This document shows positions 46,278 through 55,367 of a DNA stretch of 64,000 nt, piece by piece. The first letter of the stretch is position 1; every line of letters starts with the position of its first letter. The position numbers and the translations under genes were made by a program. Below the pieces are notes generated by a model. It searched no databases, had not been told where the DNA came from, and saw only the letters and a program-made list of their open reading frames with translations. Source of the stretch: Myxococcales bacterium (GTDB taxonomy: Bacteria; Myxococcota_A; UBA9042); assembly GCA_009692425.1 (NCBI GenBank), contig SHZF01000009.1, forward strand, positions 48,214 to 112,213. Reading direction: 5' to 3'.

Positions 46278-46886
46278 CTAGCCGTCGGCCGGAGCAACGG
46301 AAACCCGGCGCGGCCGGCGCACCGTCCACGCCCAATCCGCCGCTTCGAGTTTCAACTCCAGTTGGGCGAATTCCTCCGCGGTGTTGACTGCGTCGCCAAT
46401 CACGGTGAACTCCTTGCGGTCCTAGCTGCCGATCGTGCCCTGCAGCACGTCGCCGCGGTGCAGGCCGATGCCGTTGTCGAGCGTCGCCCAGCCGCGCTGC
46501 TGCCTGGTCACGTTGAGCGCGGCAAGCCGGCCGCGCATCGCGAGCGCCGCATCGAGCGCGGCCTCTGCGGGGTCATCCAGAGGAAGCAAGCCGCCGAACA
46601 CCGCCATGACTGCGTCGCCGATGAACTTGTCGACCGTGCCGCCTCGGCTGGTGATGGCCGCTACCATCTCGTCGAAGTACTCGTTGAGTTGCAGTACGAG
46701 TTGCTCCGGCTCGACGCCCTCGGACCATGCCGTGAACGACCGGATGTCGCTGAACAGCACGACGACGGTCTTGCGTTCGCCGACGCTGTCCTGCGTTAGG
46801 CGCAGCAGTTTTTCGCGCACCTCCGGGCTGACGAACTGACCGAACAGCCGCGTGATGCCCTGCTTTTCGCGTTCCTCGCGGACGAC
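46278..46886 (-). pseudogene. class III nucleotidyl cyclase domain interrupted by an in-frame TAG
   Basis: The minus-strand frame reads ...ERKTVVVLFSDIRSFT...DKFIGDAVMAVFG...GLHRGDVLQGTIGS-TAG(46424..46422)-DRKEFTVIGDAVNTAEEF.... The upstream boundary is another in-frame TAG (46889..46887). The canonical Arg after VNxA is replaced (NTAEE). Confidence 0.7.
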
Positions 46887-47026
46887 CTAGCCAACCAGCC
46901 CGCCATCTCGCTGCGCATCGTCGCGTCCGCCATCTGGATGCGCGCGAGTTCCGGTGCCGCCAGCCACCAGCTCGCGACTCCTCGGCAATGGCGGCAGCGA
47001 CAGGGTCGGTGGCAGTGTCCAACGGG

Positions 47027-47917
47027 CTACTGATCGATCCGCAGTTCGATGCCCTCGCGGGCGGCGAACACGAAAAGGGAGGAGCCGAACGCCTGGACCC
47101 GGCTGCGACAGGCGGCGATCTTCATGTCGATCTGGATGTCGGATTGCATCGGGTCGTGGTGGTAGATCGCCAACTGGCGCGCGCCGGCCTGTACGGCGAG
47201 GTCGACCGCGGTGGTGGCGCGCGGGTGCCCCCAACCGACGTGCTTTGGGAAGTACTGCTCATCGGTGTACTGCCCGTCGACGATCAGCAAATCCGCATCG
47301 CGCACAAAGGCGACGAGGTCGTCGGGAATCTTGCGGGGCGCCGCGAGGTCGGCCTGCACAGCCTTGGCGTCGGGCAGGGTCATGTCGATCTCGTTGTCCG
47401 TCGCATAGACGACCTTGCGACCACCCTTCTCGAACGAATACGCATAGCTCGTGCCCGGGTGGCACTGCTCCATGCAGCGCACGCGCACCCCGTCGATGAC
47501 CCGGTCCGCGTTGCCGAGGTCGACCGCGCGGATGTCGGCGTTGAGTTCGCTGAAGTCCACCGGAAAGTAGTCCGAGCGCATCTGCCCGGACAGCAGGTTG
47601 TGAAAGCGGCGATCCCCCGGGCTGGTGCCGTAGATGTAGAAGGTGTTGCTCGGGATGTAGGCGGGCACGAAAAACGGAAAGCCCTGAATGTGGTCCCAAT
47701 GCATGTGGCTGAATAGCAGGTGCGCCACGATGCTCTGGCTACCCCGCTTCATCAGGTCGATGCCAAGTTCGCGCAGGCCGGTGCCACCGTCGCAGATGAA
47801 CAGGGCCTCGTCGATGCACACTTCCACGCACGACGTATTGCCGCCGTAGCGGTTCGTGGTCCGGCCCGGCGTTGGAATGGACCCGCGCGTGCCCCAAAAG
47901 CGAACCAGGAATGCCAT
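47027..47917 (-). CDS. MBL-fold metallo-hydrolase
   Basis: RFWGTRGSIPTPG..., LFSHMHWDHIQGFPFF (HxHxDH motif). 296 aa. Confidence 0.85.
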   Translation of the reverse strand: MAFLVRFWGTRGSIPTPGRTTNRYGGNTSCVEVCIDEALFICDGGTGLRELGIDLMKRGSQSIVAHLLFSHMHWDHIQGFPFFVPAYIPSNTFYIYGTSPGDRRFHNLLSGQMRSDYFPVDFSELNADIRAVDLGNADRVIDGVRVRCMEQCHPGTSYAYSFEKGGRKVVYATDNEIDMTLPDAKAVQADLAAPRKIPDDLVAFVRDADLLIVDGQYTDEQYFPKHVGWGHPRATTAVDLAVQAGARQLAIYHHDPMQSDIQIDMKIAACRSRVQAFGSSLFVFAAREGIELRIDQ

Positions 47918-47976
47918 CTTCGTCCTACTGGTCCACGCCGGTCAGCGGGGCAGACCGGCGCGGGCCGGAGCGACCG

Positions 47977-48348
47977 TCACTTGCCCTCATGGTAGATGAA
48001 CACCGCGTTGCCGAGCTGGATGGTGTCTCCGTCTCTCAATACTGCAGAATTAATGCGGATTTGGTTCAGGTACACGCCGTTCGAGCTGTCGAGGTCGATG
48101 GCGCGGTAGCCACCTTGATACCGCTCGATGCGCATGTGCGTGCGCGACAGGGCCGACGACGGCACGCGAATCTGGGCCTCGGAGCTGCGACCGACGATGA
48201 CGGTGTCGTCGTTGAGTTCGATGAGCTGGGGCGACAGCGGACCGCGCACCTGTTGGAGCACGTGCGGCCGGTGATAGGGCTGCACCGGGATGACGGGGAT
48301 GTCCGTCTCCTCGGTCAGGCGGATGTCGTCGTCGGTTTGAGAAATCAT
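47977..48348 (-). CDS. FHA domain protein
   Basis: IVGRSSEAQIRVPSSALSRTHMRIE...IDLDSSNGVYLNQIRI...LRDGDTIQLGNAVFIY is a canonical FHA core. Confidence 0.85.
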   Translation of the reverse strand: MISQTDDDIRLTEETDIPVIPVQPYHRPHVLQQVRGPLSPQLIELNDDTVIVGRSSEAQIRVPSSALSRTHMRIERYQGGYRAIDLDSSNGVYLNQIRINSAVLRDGDTIQLGNAVFIYHEGK

Positions 48349-48516
48349 CCCGTCGCCTTCGCATGCTTGCTGCGGTAGCCTGCTGGCTGGCCGTTCCGCT
48401 TGCCCGTCACCCGAGGATCAAACTGAGCAAAGCGTAGACCGCGTGCCGAGCCGGCGCAAGAGGAAGCGTCCCGTCGCCGGCTTGCCTACAATCCATTCAA
48501 ATTAAAAACCAACTTT

Positions 48517-49521
48517 CTATTCTGGCTGCGCTCCGTCCGGCACCATTACGACGGCGTCGGCAACTCTCGCGGCAACATCGACCCGCAGGCGCGCGCCCGG
48601 CGGCACGCTGGCGGTCACCCACGTGTTGCCGCCGATGATGGCACCGCGCCCGATGACCACGTCGCCGCCGAGCAGGGTCGCGTTGGCGTAGACGACCACG
48701 TCGTCTTCGAGCGTCGGGTGCCGCTTGGCGGGCGGCTCAGGCTGCGGCTCGCCGTCGCGCACCTTGGGAACGCTGCGGGCCCCCAGCGTGACGCCCTGGT
48801 AGAGCCGGACGCGGCGACCGACGTGAGCCGTCTCGCCGACGACGACGCCGGTGCCGTGGTCGATGAAAAATGCCGGCCCGATCGTGGCGCCAGGGTGCAG
48901 GTCGATGCCGGTGCGCGCGTGCGCCAGTTCGGTCATGAGGCGGGCGGTCAGGTGCGCTCCTGCCAGCCACAGCAGGTGTGCCACCCGGTACGACAGCACG
49001 GCGTGGAAGCCCGGGTAGCACAGCACGACTTCGGCGCGACTGCGGGCGGCAGGGTCGCCGTCGAGAGCCGCTTGCAGGTCCGTCTCGGCCATGTCGCGCA
49101 ACCCCGGCAGCTCGTCAATGAGCGACAGGGCCGTTTCGTGCGCCCGGCAGCGCGCCAACTGTTCGGCGCGGGCGTGGACGGGCGCGGCACCCGGCGCCAG
49201 ATGGCCGCGGCCCGGCTGGGCGAGGTGCTCGGCCGCCAGCACATCGACGAGCAATTCGTAGAGGTGGTGGACCATCGCTTCGACACTGGCCGCGACCGGG
49301 GCCTCGTCCGTCCACACTTCGGGAAAGATCAACCGCCGCACGAGGCTTGCGGCCTCGGCCACCCGATCCGGGCTGGGCAGGCGCGGCGCCCGCAGCACCA
49401 GGCGGGCGCGCTCGGCCACGCGTTGCGCCACGCTGGCGGCGGTCGTCGCGAGTTCCGTCGCGCGCACGCCGATGTCCTTGCAGTCGGCCTCGGGCTGGCC
49501 CGATCCGGGCTGGCGGCTCAC
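48517..49521 (-). CDS. cysE: serine O-acetyltransferase
   Basis: GIDLHPGATIGPAFFIDHGTGVVVGETA plus hexapeptide repeats. GTG 49521 overlaps the cysK stop (GTGA). Confidence 0.85.
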   Translation of the reverse strand: MSRQPGSGQPEADCKDIGVRATELATTAASVAQRVAERARLVLRAPRLPSPDRVAEAASLVRRLIFPEVWTDEAPVAASVEAMVHHLYELLVDVLAAEHLAQPGRGHLAPGAAPVHARAEQLARCRAHETALSLIDELPGLRDMAETDLQAALDGDPAARSRAEVVLCYPGFHAVLSYRVAHLLWLAGAHLTARLMTELAHARTGIDLHPGATIGPAFFIDHGTGVVVGETAHVGRRVRLYQGVTLGARSVPKVRDGEPQPEPPAKRHPTLEDDVVVYANATLLGGDVVIGRGAIIGGNTWVTASVPPGARLRVDVAARVADAVVMVPDGAQPE

Positions 49522-50423
49522 GAGAGGTACCGCTCGCCGGAATCGCACAGGAACGTCACCACCCGCCCGCCCGCTGGCAGCCGCGCCGCTTCTTGGAGCG
49601 CGACGGCCACGTTGGCACCCGACGACGGTCCCACAAGCAGCCCCTGACGCTGTGCGACGCGGGCCGCCATCTGTAGCGCCTCGTCGTCGGTGACGGCCAC
49701 GACCGCATCGATGAGTGCGCGGTCCACCACCGGCGGCACGAACCCGGCGCCGATCCCCTGGATCGCATGGGGATGGAACGGCAACCCTTGGAAAGCCTGC
49801 GCCTTCTGTGGCTCGACGGCCACGACGCGGAGGTTGGGCAGGTGGACCCGCAGTGCGCGCGCCGTTCCCGTCAGCGTGCCGCCCGTGCCCACGCCGGCCA
49901 CCAGCACGTCGAGGCGGCCGTCACAGTCGCGCAAGATTTCCTCAGCGGTCGTCCGCATGTGGGCCGCCGGGTTGTCGGGGTTCTCGAACTGTCGGGTCGT
50001 GAACGCGCCACCGGGCCCGGTCGCCGCCGCGAGATCGCGCGCCCGCTGCAGCGCGCCGGCCATGCCCGCCTCCTTCGGCGTGAGTTCGACCCGGGCTCCG
50101 TAGGCGCGCAGGATGCGACGGCGCTCCAGGCTCATGTCCTCCGGCATCACGAGCACGCAGACGTAGCCGCGCTCGGCGCACAGCATCGCCAGCGAGATCC
50201 CGGTGTTGCCCGACGTCGCCTCGATGACGACGCTGCCCTCGCGCAGGTCGCCGCGGCGTTCGGCGGCGTCGAGCATCTCGCGCACGGGGCGGTCCTTGAT
50301 GCTCCCGCCGGGATTGAGGAACTCGACCTTTGCGGCCACTTCGACGCCCACAGGCGCCAGGCGGTCGAGGCGCACCAGCGGCGTGTTGCCGATGAGGTCA
50401 GAGACGCGGGCTACAGGCGGCAT
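49518..50423 (-). CDS. cysK: cysteine synthase (O-acetylserine sulfhydrylase)
   Basis: Start at ATG 50423 (MPPVARVSDLIGNTPLVRL...). NPGGSIKDRP PLP-Lys motif and ATSGNTGISLA. 301 aa. Confidence 0.9.
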   Translation of the reverse strand: MPPVARVSDLIGNTPLVRLDRLAPVGVEVAAKVEFLNPGGSIKDRPVREMLDAAERRGDLREGSVVIEATSGNTGISLAMLCAERGYVCVLVMPEDMSLERRRILRAYGARVELTPKEAGMAGALQRARDLAAATGPGGAFTTRQFENPDNPAAHMRTTAEEILRDCDGRLDVLVAGVGTGGTLTGTARALRVHLPNLRVVAVEPQKAQAFQGLPFHPHAIQGIGAGFVPPVVDRALIDAVVAVTDDEALQMAARVAQRQGLLVGPSSGANVAVALQEAARLPAGGRVVTFLCDSGERYLS

Positions 50424-50694
50424 CGGCGGCTCACGCGCCGCGTGCGCGCGGCCCGTGCAGTGTGAGGCAGGCAGGCGCCGGCGGGCAAGCCATCCCGGAG
50501 CCGCCGCCTTGGGCCCATCTGCGTCGTTGTCGCGGCGGCGTTGGTGCTCAACGTACCCAAGCACGTCTTCGCCCCAACCCCTTGCTCCGCCTAGCATCTG
50601 GACCCAATTCGGCGTCCCGGGAAGGTCTTGGGGTGGTGGATTTGGGCCATGCAAGCTGCGCGGGTCTGGGCGCCGCCGCAGCGACCACGACGTG

Positions 50695-52053
50695 CTAGGT
50701 GCGCCCGAGCCGGCGGTCAAGGCGACGGCTGCCGATCGCGCCCGATTGGAGCCACTCCCCGAGCGCATGCTGGCTGCCGGTCACGACGACACCGCCGCGC
50801 TTGCCGGCCTCGCGCCGCGCCTGATCGAGACACTTGCGCAGCCCGCCTACCGCATACGGCAGGTGGGGCGCGGCGGCATCGGCGGCGTCGGCAAGGTCTT
50901 CCGGAGGCCGCAGGGTCGAACCGTCGCAGCGCACGAACCACAAGGACTGTGCGACTTTCGCGATGGCCCGGATCACGTCACCCGGGTCGCGATCGGTGCG
51001 CACAGCCAGCAGGACCTGCCAACCGGCGCCATGCTCTGCCAGCGCGTCGGCCAGGGCGGCAAGGCCAGCGGGATTGTGCGCAGCGTCGAGCACCAGAGGA
51101 ACCTCGTCGACTTCGCTGACTTCGATGCGCGCCGGCCAGGCCACGTCCGTCAGTGCCGGCGCCAGTTCGTCGAGTCCGGGCAACGGCCGGGCTCCCGTCG
51201 CCGCCCATGCCGCGCCCAATGCTTGAACTGCGAGCAGCGCGAGGGCCGCGTTGTCCAGCTGGTGGCGGCCCGGCAGGTCGAGGTCCAGGTCGATCGGCGT
51301 CGGCAGCGATCGCCCTTGCAAGCGTCCCGCCGTGCGCCACTGCGCACCCCGCACCGTGACGCCGTCGACAGCAGCGTCCGGGCCGAGCGACCTCAGCTGT
51401 GACGGCTCGACCCCGTGGCGCTTCAGCGCTGCGCGACACAGCCCCGCTTGCGCCACGACAAGCGGCCGACCGGCGCGCGCGATGCCACATTTTTCCCAGG
51501 CGATGTCGGCGAGCAGGTTGCCGAGAACCGCCGTGTGGTCGTACGACAACTGGGTGACGACCGACACGGCGGGCTCCGTGGCATTCACGGCGTCGAGCCG
51601 CCCGCCGAGGCCGACTTCGAGCACCGCGACCTGAACACCGGCGGCCCGACACAGCCACAGCGCCGCTGCCGTCAGCGCCTCGAAGGGCGTCGGCTCGATC
51701 GGCGGCACGGCTTGACATGCAGCGTCCCGCGTTCGCACGAGCGCCGCATCCAGGTCTTCTGCCGGCACGCACGTTCCGCGGATGGCAAGCCGTTCGCGGG
51801 TCTCTACCAGGTGGGGAGAAGTGTACAGCGCGCTGTGCACGCCGCCCGCACGCAGCAGTGCATCGATCATCGCCGCAGTCGACCCCTTGCCGTCGGTGCC
51901 AGCGACCGCTACGACGAGGAACGCGCGCTCTGGGCGGTCCAGTGCGTCGAGCAGCGCACGCACGCGGGGCAGGCCGAGCGCCATGCCGCGCGCGCCCAAC
52001 CCTGCCAGCCACTGGTGGCCGGGGCCGTCGTGCGAGATGAGGGCTTCGTTCAT
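50695..52053 (-). CDS. folC: folylpolyglutamate synthase / dihydrofolate synthase
   Basis: VAVAGTDGKGSTAAMI P-loop, YTSPHLVETRERL, Mur-ligase-like layout. Confidence 0.85.
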   Translation of the reverse strand: MNEALISHDGPGHQWLAGLGARGMALGLPRVRALLDALDRPERAFLVVAVAGTDGKGSTAAMIDALLRAGGVHSALYTSPHLVETRERLAIRGTCVPAEDLDAALVRTRDAACQAVPPIEPTPFEALTAAALWLCRAAGVQVAVLEVGLGGRLDAVNATEPAVSVVTQLSYDHTAVLGNLLADIAWEKCGIARAGRPLVVAQAGLCRAALKRHGVEPSQLRSLGPDAAVDGVTVRGAQWRTAGRLQGRSLPTPIDLDLDLPGRHQLDNAALALLAVQALGAAWAATGARPLPGLDELAPALTDVAWPARIEVSEVDEVPLVLDAAHNPAGLAALADALAEHGAGWQVLLAVRTDRDPGDVIRAIAKVAQSLWFVRCDGSTLRPPEDLADAADAAAPHLPYAVGGLRKCLDQARREAGKRGGVVVTGSQHALGEWLQSGAIGSRRLDRRLGRT

Positions 52054-52083
52054 GGGGCTCGGAGGGAAGGAGGAGATGACGGT

Positions 52084-53181
52084 TCAGTGCGGCTGGAATC
52101 CCTGGTCGACGAGCTTCTGGTGGCGGCTGCGCGCGGCTTGCACCTCGTCGAGGGCACGGCGGTAGTCGTTGTCGGCATCGAGTTGGTACGCCCGCTGGAA
52201 ATCGGCGACGGCCTGATCGAACCAGCGCCCGTAGTGGTGCACGACGCCGCGATCGTAATACGCCTTGGCGACTTCTTGCGGGGGCAGGCGCGCCGCCTCG
52301 AGCTCGTGGATTGCGTCGGTGAACGCTGCGATGGCACCGGCGTAGTTCGACTTCGCCAACTGGGCCACGCCGGCGGCGCACGTGTCTTCTGCCGGCTGCG
52401 CGCAATCGAGCAGCGTTGCAGTGACGCGCACGTGGGTTGGCGCGACGATCTCGGCGATGCCCTGCACGGCGACGGCGCGCAGTTCGTCGAGTGTCGCACT
52501 GCCATCAGGCGGCGGCGGCGGTCGATCGCGGCCCTCGGTCGTCTTGCCGGAGCGGACCGCGTGCACCGGGGCGAAGTGCAGGACCTGGCCCTGGTTGCTC
52601 GTCACGCGCACGTTCACGAGGAGGGAGGCGCGCCAGTCGTACCACTTCCAGAAACAGTCACGGGTCACCTTTTCGGTTGCCGCCGCCGTGCCCTGGACGA
52701 CCTGGACCGTGTCCGTGCACTTGGCGAGCCGGCTGCCCTCGGTCACATACAGCGTGTGGTCTGCAACTTCGCCGGTCAGCACCAGCCCGCCTCCGGCCTC
52801 GCGCAGTTGCACGGCGCCACCGGGCGACTGCAGGATCTTCTGCTCGACTTCTCGCTTCAGTTGGCCTGCGACCTCGACGAATTCCGGCCGCGTCGGAGCG
52901 AACCCCGCCACGGTGACAGAGCCGCCGTAGGGGCGCGCATTGAGCAGCGCAGGTTGCAGCACGAGCATCGAAACATGGCTGCGGCCGCACGCTCCCAGGC
53001 TGGCAACGGCGGCGATCGCGGCCAGAGCGGGCACGATCGCGGCCAGAGCGGGCACGATCGCGGCCAGAGCGGGCACGATCGCGGCCAGAGCGGGCACGAT
53101 TGCGGCCCAGGCGGGCTTGATCGCGGCCCAGGCGGGCTTGATCGCAGCGAGGGTGGCAACGCTCAGGGGCTGTATTCGCAT
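52084..53181 (-). CDS. lipoprotein with repeat-expanded leader and C-terminal TPR-like motif
   Basis: ATG 53181 follows GGAG. The leader contains (AAIKPAW)x2 (AAIVPAL)x4 before lipobox SLGAC. C-terminal AKAYYDRGVVHHYGRWFDQAVADFQRAYQLD. Confidence 0.7.
   Translation of the reverse strand: MRIQPLSVATLAAIKPAWAAIKPAWAAIVPALAAIVPALAAIVPALAAIVPALAAIAAVASLGACGRSHVSMLVLQPALLNARPYGGSVTVAGFAPTRPEFVEVAGQLKREVEQKILQSPGGAVQLREAGGGLVLTGEVADHTLYVTEGSRLAKCTDTVQVVQGTAAATEKVTRDCFWKWYDWRASLLVNVRVTSNQGQVLHFAPVHAVRSGKTTEGRDRPPPPPDGSATLDELRAVAVQGIAEIVAPTHVRVTATLLDCAQPAEDTCAAGVAQLAKSNYAGAIAAFTDAIHELEAARLPPQEVAKAYYDRGVVHHYGRWFDQAVADFQRAYQLDADNDYRRALDEVQAARSRHQKLVDQGFQPH
53014..53160. repeat. about 7 x 21-bp in-frame tandem repeat inside the lipoprotein leader
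   Basis: gatcgcggccagagcgggcac x4 (53014-53097), gat[tc]gcggcccaggcgggctt x2, and one degenerate unit. Confidence 0.9.
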
Positions 53182-53211
53182 GGGGACGGCTCCGCAACTG
53201 GGCGGCGCCGA

Positions 53212-54024
53212 TCATGGTCGGGCGTGGCCGGCCGGGTCAAGCGTGGCGCGGGCTGCGGCGAGCCATGTGTGCGGCGGCGCTCCGAGCGGATGGCTGCCGA
53301 TGCGCGCGACCACGCGCACCCCCCAGATCGCGTTGACGAGCACGGCCCAGTCGAGGGGCTCGAGGTCGCCGGGCCCCAGCGCCCCGTCGGCGATGGGCAA
53401 TGATTTCCGCAAACGCGCCAGCGCCGTGCCCGGCAGCGCCGCAGCGCCGGGGCCCGGCGTCACGACGGTGCCGTCGGAGAGCCCAAAGATCGCGGTCGAT
53501 GTCGTCGCTTCGGAAAGTTGGCCATCGACGGCACACAGCAGCGCATCGTCGGCCCCGTCGGCGCGGGCCGCCCGCCGCCACGCCAGGGCTTCGGCGAGAC
53601 CGACGTGTTTGCAATCCCACAGCCGCGCCGCCGGATTGCGCACGCGGCCTCCGATGGCGAGCGACCAGGGGCGCGGATCCTGCTCGTCGGCCTGCAGCGG
53701 CTCGATCGTGACGGCGATGGCGCAGCGCCGCGGCGGTTCGTGCAGGGGGGCACCGCCATCGGCCCACAGCGTGAACCGTGCCCGTACCGTGCCGGGGCCA
53801 TGCGCCGCCTGGGCGCTGGCCAGTGCCGCAGCGATCCGAACGTCGCCGGGCCACGGCAGTTCTAGCCGGCTCGCTCCGCGGCGTAGTCGATCGAGATGCA
53901 GCGTCCAACCGGGCGGTGCAGCGAGCGCGCAGTCGCGATCGAGGCGCAGGGACTCGAACACCCCTTCGCCGGTGAGCATCCCGCGCAATCCAGGCGGGCC
54001 GGGTGCATCACGGTCGGCCATCAC
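53212..54024 (-). CDS. pabC: aminodeoxychorismate lyase (class IV aminotransferase fold)
   Basis: GEGVFESLRL...HLDRLRRGA pattern, size, and start (GTG 54024 / ATG 54021) overlapping the pabB stop. Confidence 0.7.
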   Translation of the reverse strand: MMADRDAPGPPGLRGMLTGEGVFESLRLDRDCALAAPPGWTLHLDRLRRGASRLELPWPGDVRIAAALASAQAAHGPGTVRARFTLWADGGAPLHEPPRRCAIAVTIEPLQADEQDPRPWSLAIGGRVRNPAARLWDCKHVGLAEALAWRRAARADGADDALLCAVDGQLSEATTSTAIFGLSDGTVVTPGPGAAALPGTALARLRKSLPIADGALGPGDLEPLDWAVLVNAIWGVRVVARIGSHPLGAPPHTWLAAARATLDPAGHARP

Positions 54025-55298
54025 GGCACTGGCTCCTCAGCCAGCCGCGCGAAGGCGCGGAGCCGATCGAGCAACGCGAGCCCCGAGCGCGCCTTCAGGC
54101 ACGTCTCGGCCCACTCGGCAGCGGGAACGGAGTCCGCGACGATGCCGGCGCCTGCGGCGACTTCGGCCCAGCCGGCGCCGACGACCACCTGGCGAATGCC
54201 GACGGCCCACTGCGCCGTGCCGTCGGGCAGCGCGATTCCATACGTGCCGCAGTACGGCCCGCGCCAACGCTTTTCGAGGCGACCGATCACCTGGCAGGCC
54301 TGCACCTTCGGGCACCCCGTGACGGACGCCGGGGGCAGCGTCGCCCCCAGGAGTTGGCCGAGTCCGAACCCTGGCCGGAGGACACCGCGGACGTCGGACT
54401 CCAGGTGCCACAGCGACGCAAACGCCTCGGCCCGGCACAGCGCGGCCACGTCCACGCTGCCCCACTGGCAGGCCTGCTGCAGGTCGTTGCGGACCATGTC
54501 GACGATCATCGTGTTTTCTGCGAGTTCCTTTTCCGACGCGAGCAGGCGCCGACGCAGGGCGGCGTCGCGACCCGGTGAGGCGCCACGGCGACAGGTCCCC
54601 TTGATGGGCCGCGAGCGCACGGTGCCGTGTTGCACGGCCAGGAACTCCTCCATCGACCCGCACGCCAGCACCCCGCCTTGCCCGGCGAACGCCGCAGCGA
54701 ACGGAACCGGCTGTACGGCGAGCGCCGCGGCAACGCACGCCGCCGGGTCCGGCGCCGTCCGACCCGCCCACGCCGCACGGGCCGCAACCGTGACGTTGAC
54801 CTGATAGACTTCGCCGCTACCGATGGCCGCCAGCGCCGCCTCGACGGCGGTGAGGTAGGCCGCGCGTTGGCGGGTCAGCGTGCGGGGCAGGGCGGCGCGC
54901 GGGCGGCCCGGTGCAGGCGCGGGCAGGGCGCCGGCTCGGAGGCTGGTGGGTTGGAACGCGACAAGGTCCGCGTCCGGCCACCCTCCGCGCGCCGGCCGCA
55001 CGGGAAGGTCCTCGCGCGCAACGCCGACCTCGAAGCCGAGCCAGCCGGCCACCGCCAGCCCCGCGCCGTGCCAGTCGTCGATCTGGCGCAGCAGCGCGTC
55101 GGCCTGGTTGCGCGCACGGTCGCGGTCGGCGCGGTCTAGGTGGAGCTTTGCCTGCGTCGCCACGTCGCGCGGCGCCAACCACACGCACGCGTCCGGTTGC
55201 GCGGCCCCCAGCACGCGCCAGCGCCGGGCACCGTGGCCGCCCAGCACGAACACGGCGTCGGTGGGAGGGCAAGGCAACAGGGTCGGACTGTTCGGCAT
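54021..55298 (-). CDS. pabB: aminodeoxychorismate synthase component I (chorismate-binding enzyme)
   Basis: SRPIKGTCRRG, ENTMIVDMVRND, SVTGCPK, RGPYCGTYG, GAGIVADS. Confidence 0.85.
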   Translation of the reverse strand: MPNSPTLLPCPPTDAVFVLGGHGARRWRVLGAAQPDACVWLAPRDVATQAKLHLDRADRDRARNQADALLRQIDDWHGAGLAVAGWLGFEVGVAREDLPVRPARGGWPDADLVAFQPTSLRAGALPAPAPGRPRAALPRTLTRQRAAYLTAVEAALAAIGSGEVYQVNVTVAARAAWAGRTAPDPAACVAAALAVQPVPFAAAFAGQGGVLACGSMEEFLAVQHGTVRSRPIKGTCRRGASPGRDAALRRRLLASEKELAENTMIVDMVRNDLQQACQWGSVDVAALCRAEAFASLWHLESDVRGVLRPGFGLGQLLGATLPPASVTGCPKVQACQVIGRLEKRWRGPYCGTYGIALPDGTAQWAVGIRQVVVGAGWAEVAAGAGIVADSVPAAEWAETCLKARSGLALLDRLRAFARLAEEPVP

Positions 55299-55367
55299 CG
55301 GGCCGCCATGCTACACCACGGCGGTGGCGGTTGGCTCAGCCTTGCCCCTTTTCCCGCTGCCACGCCC

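Noticed and set aside
46422-46424. The in-frame TAG in the cyclase domain as pyrrolysine or programmed read-through.
   Set aside because: No pyl genes or PYLIS-like context were seen, and this lineage is not known to use it. The loss of the catalytic Arg downstream fits decay better.
48450-48481. GC-rich hairpin GCCGGCG-18 nt-CGCCGGC downstream of cysE, and the AT-rich patch at 48489-48516, as an intrinsic terminator.
   Set aside because: The 18-nt loop is too large and no U-tract follows. The AT-rich patch partly overlaps the cysE stop region. Support is insufficient for a feature call.
50424-50694. The 270-nt leader upstream of cysK as a riboswitch or attenuator.
   Set aside because: I could not recognise any known sulfur or SAM riboswitch consensus or a terminator/antiterminator pair by eye. 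A covariance-model scan (Rfam/Infernal) would be needed.
52061-52165. Strong plus-strand Shine-Dalgarno-like GGAGGGAAGGAGGAG followed by ATG 52076 and a 30-codon ORF, between folC and the lipoprotein gene.
   Set aside because: The ORF overlaps the 3' end of the minus-strand lipoprotein gene. It encodes a Trp/Arg-rich peptide with no support, so it is probably coincidental.
53014-53160. The tandem arrays here, and at 55374 and 63898, as CRISPR arrays.
   Set aside because: The units are contiguous with no spacers, they are in frame inside ORFs, and no cas genes are present.
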